DNA of 64,000 bases from Mobula hypostoma. Taxonomy: Eukaryota. Each line of letters begins with the position of its first letter. Position 1 is the first letter of the stretch. Where the stretch lies: NCBI RefSeq assembly GCF_963921235.1, contig NC_086108.1, forward strand, positions 23,498,001 through 23,562,000. The letters run 5' to 3'. Positions 63,484 to 64,000 of this stretch are shown here, piece after piece. The translations under genes and the position numbers were made by a program. The notes beneath the pieces are model-generated. The model did no database searches. It was not told where the DNA came from and worked only from the letters and a program-made list of their open reading frames with translations.

Positions 63484-63920
63484 ACTACTACTACTACGTT
63501 GACTCAGGCCTAGGGGGCCAGCGTCGGGCACGATGACGGACTCTCCACTTCTCCCTCTCCCTCATCAGTGTGTTTAGTTCATCTACATTAGCCGCGCCAC
63601 TGTCTTCTAGGAGCATGTTGACCATAGTCTCGGGAGGGCGCCCAGGGTTCATCCTCCCATGCTTGGGCTCCCATATGATGACTAGGCTGAAAGGTAGCTC
63701 GGGGTGGTGTAGACAGTGCCCCGCTACTTGCAGTCTTCTCGCCTCGATTTTAGTGGTCAACATTGGTAGGTCGTTACAGAGCTTGACGTTCGACATGTGC
63801 TGTTGCCAACTCACGTCAAGAGCCAACTGGAGCATTTGTGTATAGCAACCATCTACAGACTTTCACATAGTCTTGGTGAGTGTCCAGGTCTCGCATCCAT
63901 AGGTGAGAATGAACTCTATG
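63484..63920 (-). mobile_element. RTE-X/RTE-clade LINE 3' fragment with (TAG)n tail
   Basis: ILTYGCETWTLTK...DGCYTQMLQLALDVSWQQH..RRLQVAGHCLHHPE..WEPKHG..GRP; the ORF stop is the first unit of the (TAG)4 tail. Confidence 0.85.
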
Positions 63921-64000
63921 ATTAGTTCCAAGGGTTTTGGGCGGGGCAGAGTTTGTTAAGTGTGTCCAGGACGGATTCCTGTCACAGTATGCTGACAGTC

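Noticed and set aside
1..64000. Prokaryotic-type systems (CRISPR arrays, retrons, DGRs, operons) suggested by the many RT ORFs
   Set aside because: All RT fragments are vertebrate non-LTR retrotransposons, no repeat-spacer array is present, and the host gene has spliceosomal introns.

Overview
This is eukaryotic, AT-rich, repeat-dense vertebrate DNA. The repeat mix (CR1, Rex1/Babar, V-SINE-type, Penelope and Tc1) suggests a cartilaginous fish, possibly a ray; that assignment is inference. The only host coding sequence I can support is the last two coding exons of pappalysin-2 (PAPPA2) on the + strand, both missed by the ORF track. One is the 99-nt LNR3 exon at 32900-32998 ([33 protein letters not shown]). 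The other is the terminal exon at 53722-53826 ([34 protein letters not shown]). Positions 1-32899 are probably the distal part of a long intron, 32999-53721 is the 20.7-kb last intron, and 53827 onward is 3'UTR or downstream sequence. The largest ORFs are fragments of dead transposable elements, several nested with readable target-site duplications; most other listed ORFs look like chance frames. I found no convincing new biological system. The best leads are a PAPP-A-like C-terminus on this PAPPA2, a candidate bidirectional poly(A) site with a possible antisense terminal exon at about 62.6-62.9 kb, PBX-HOX/MEIS motif clusters in TE-free intronic islands, and an unassigned strand-asymmetric 1.2-kb block at 44.5-45.7 kb. 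Repeat boundaries are approximate unless a junction is quoted.
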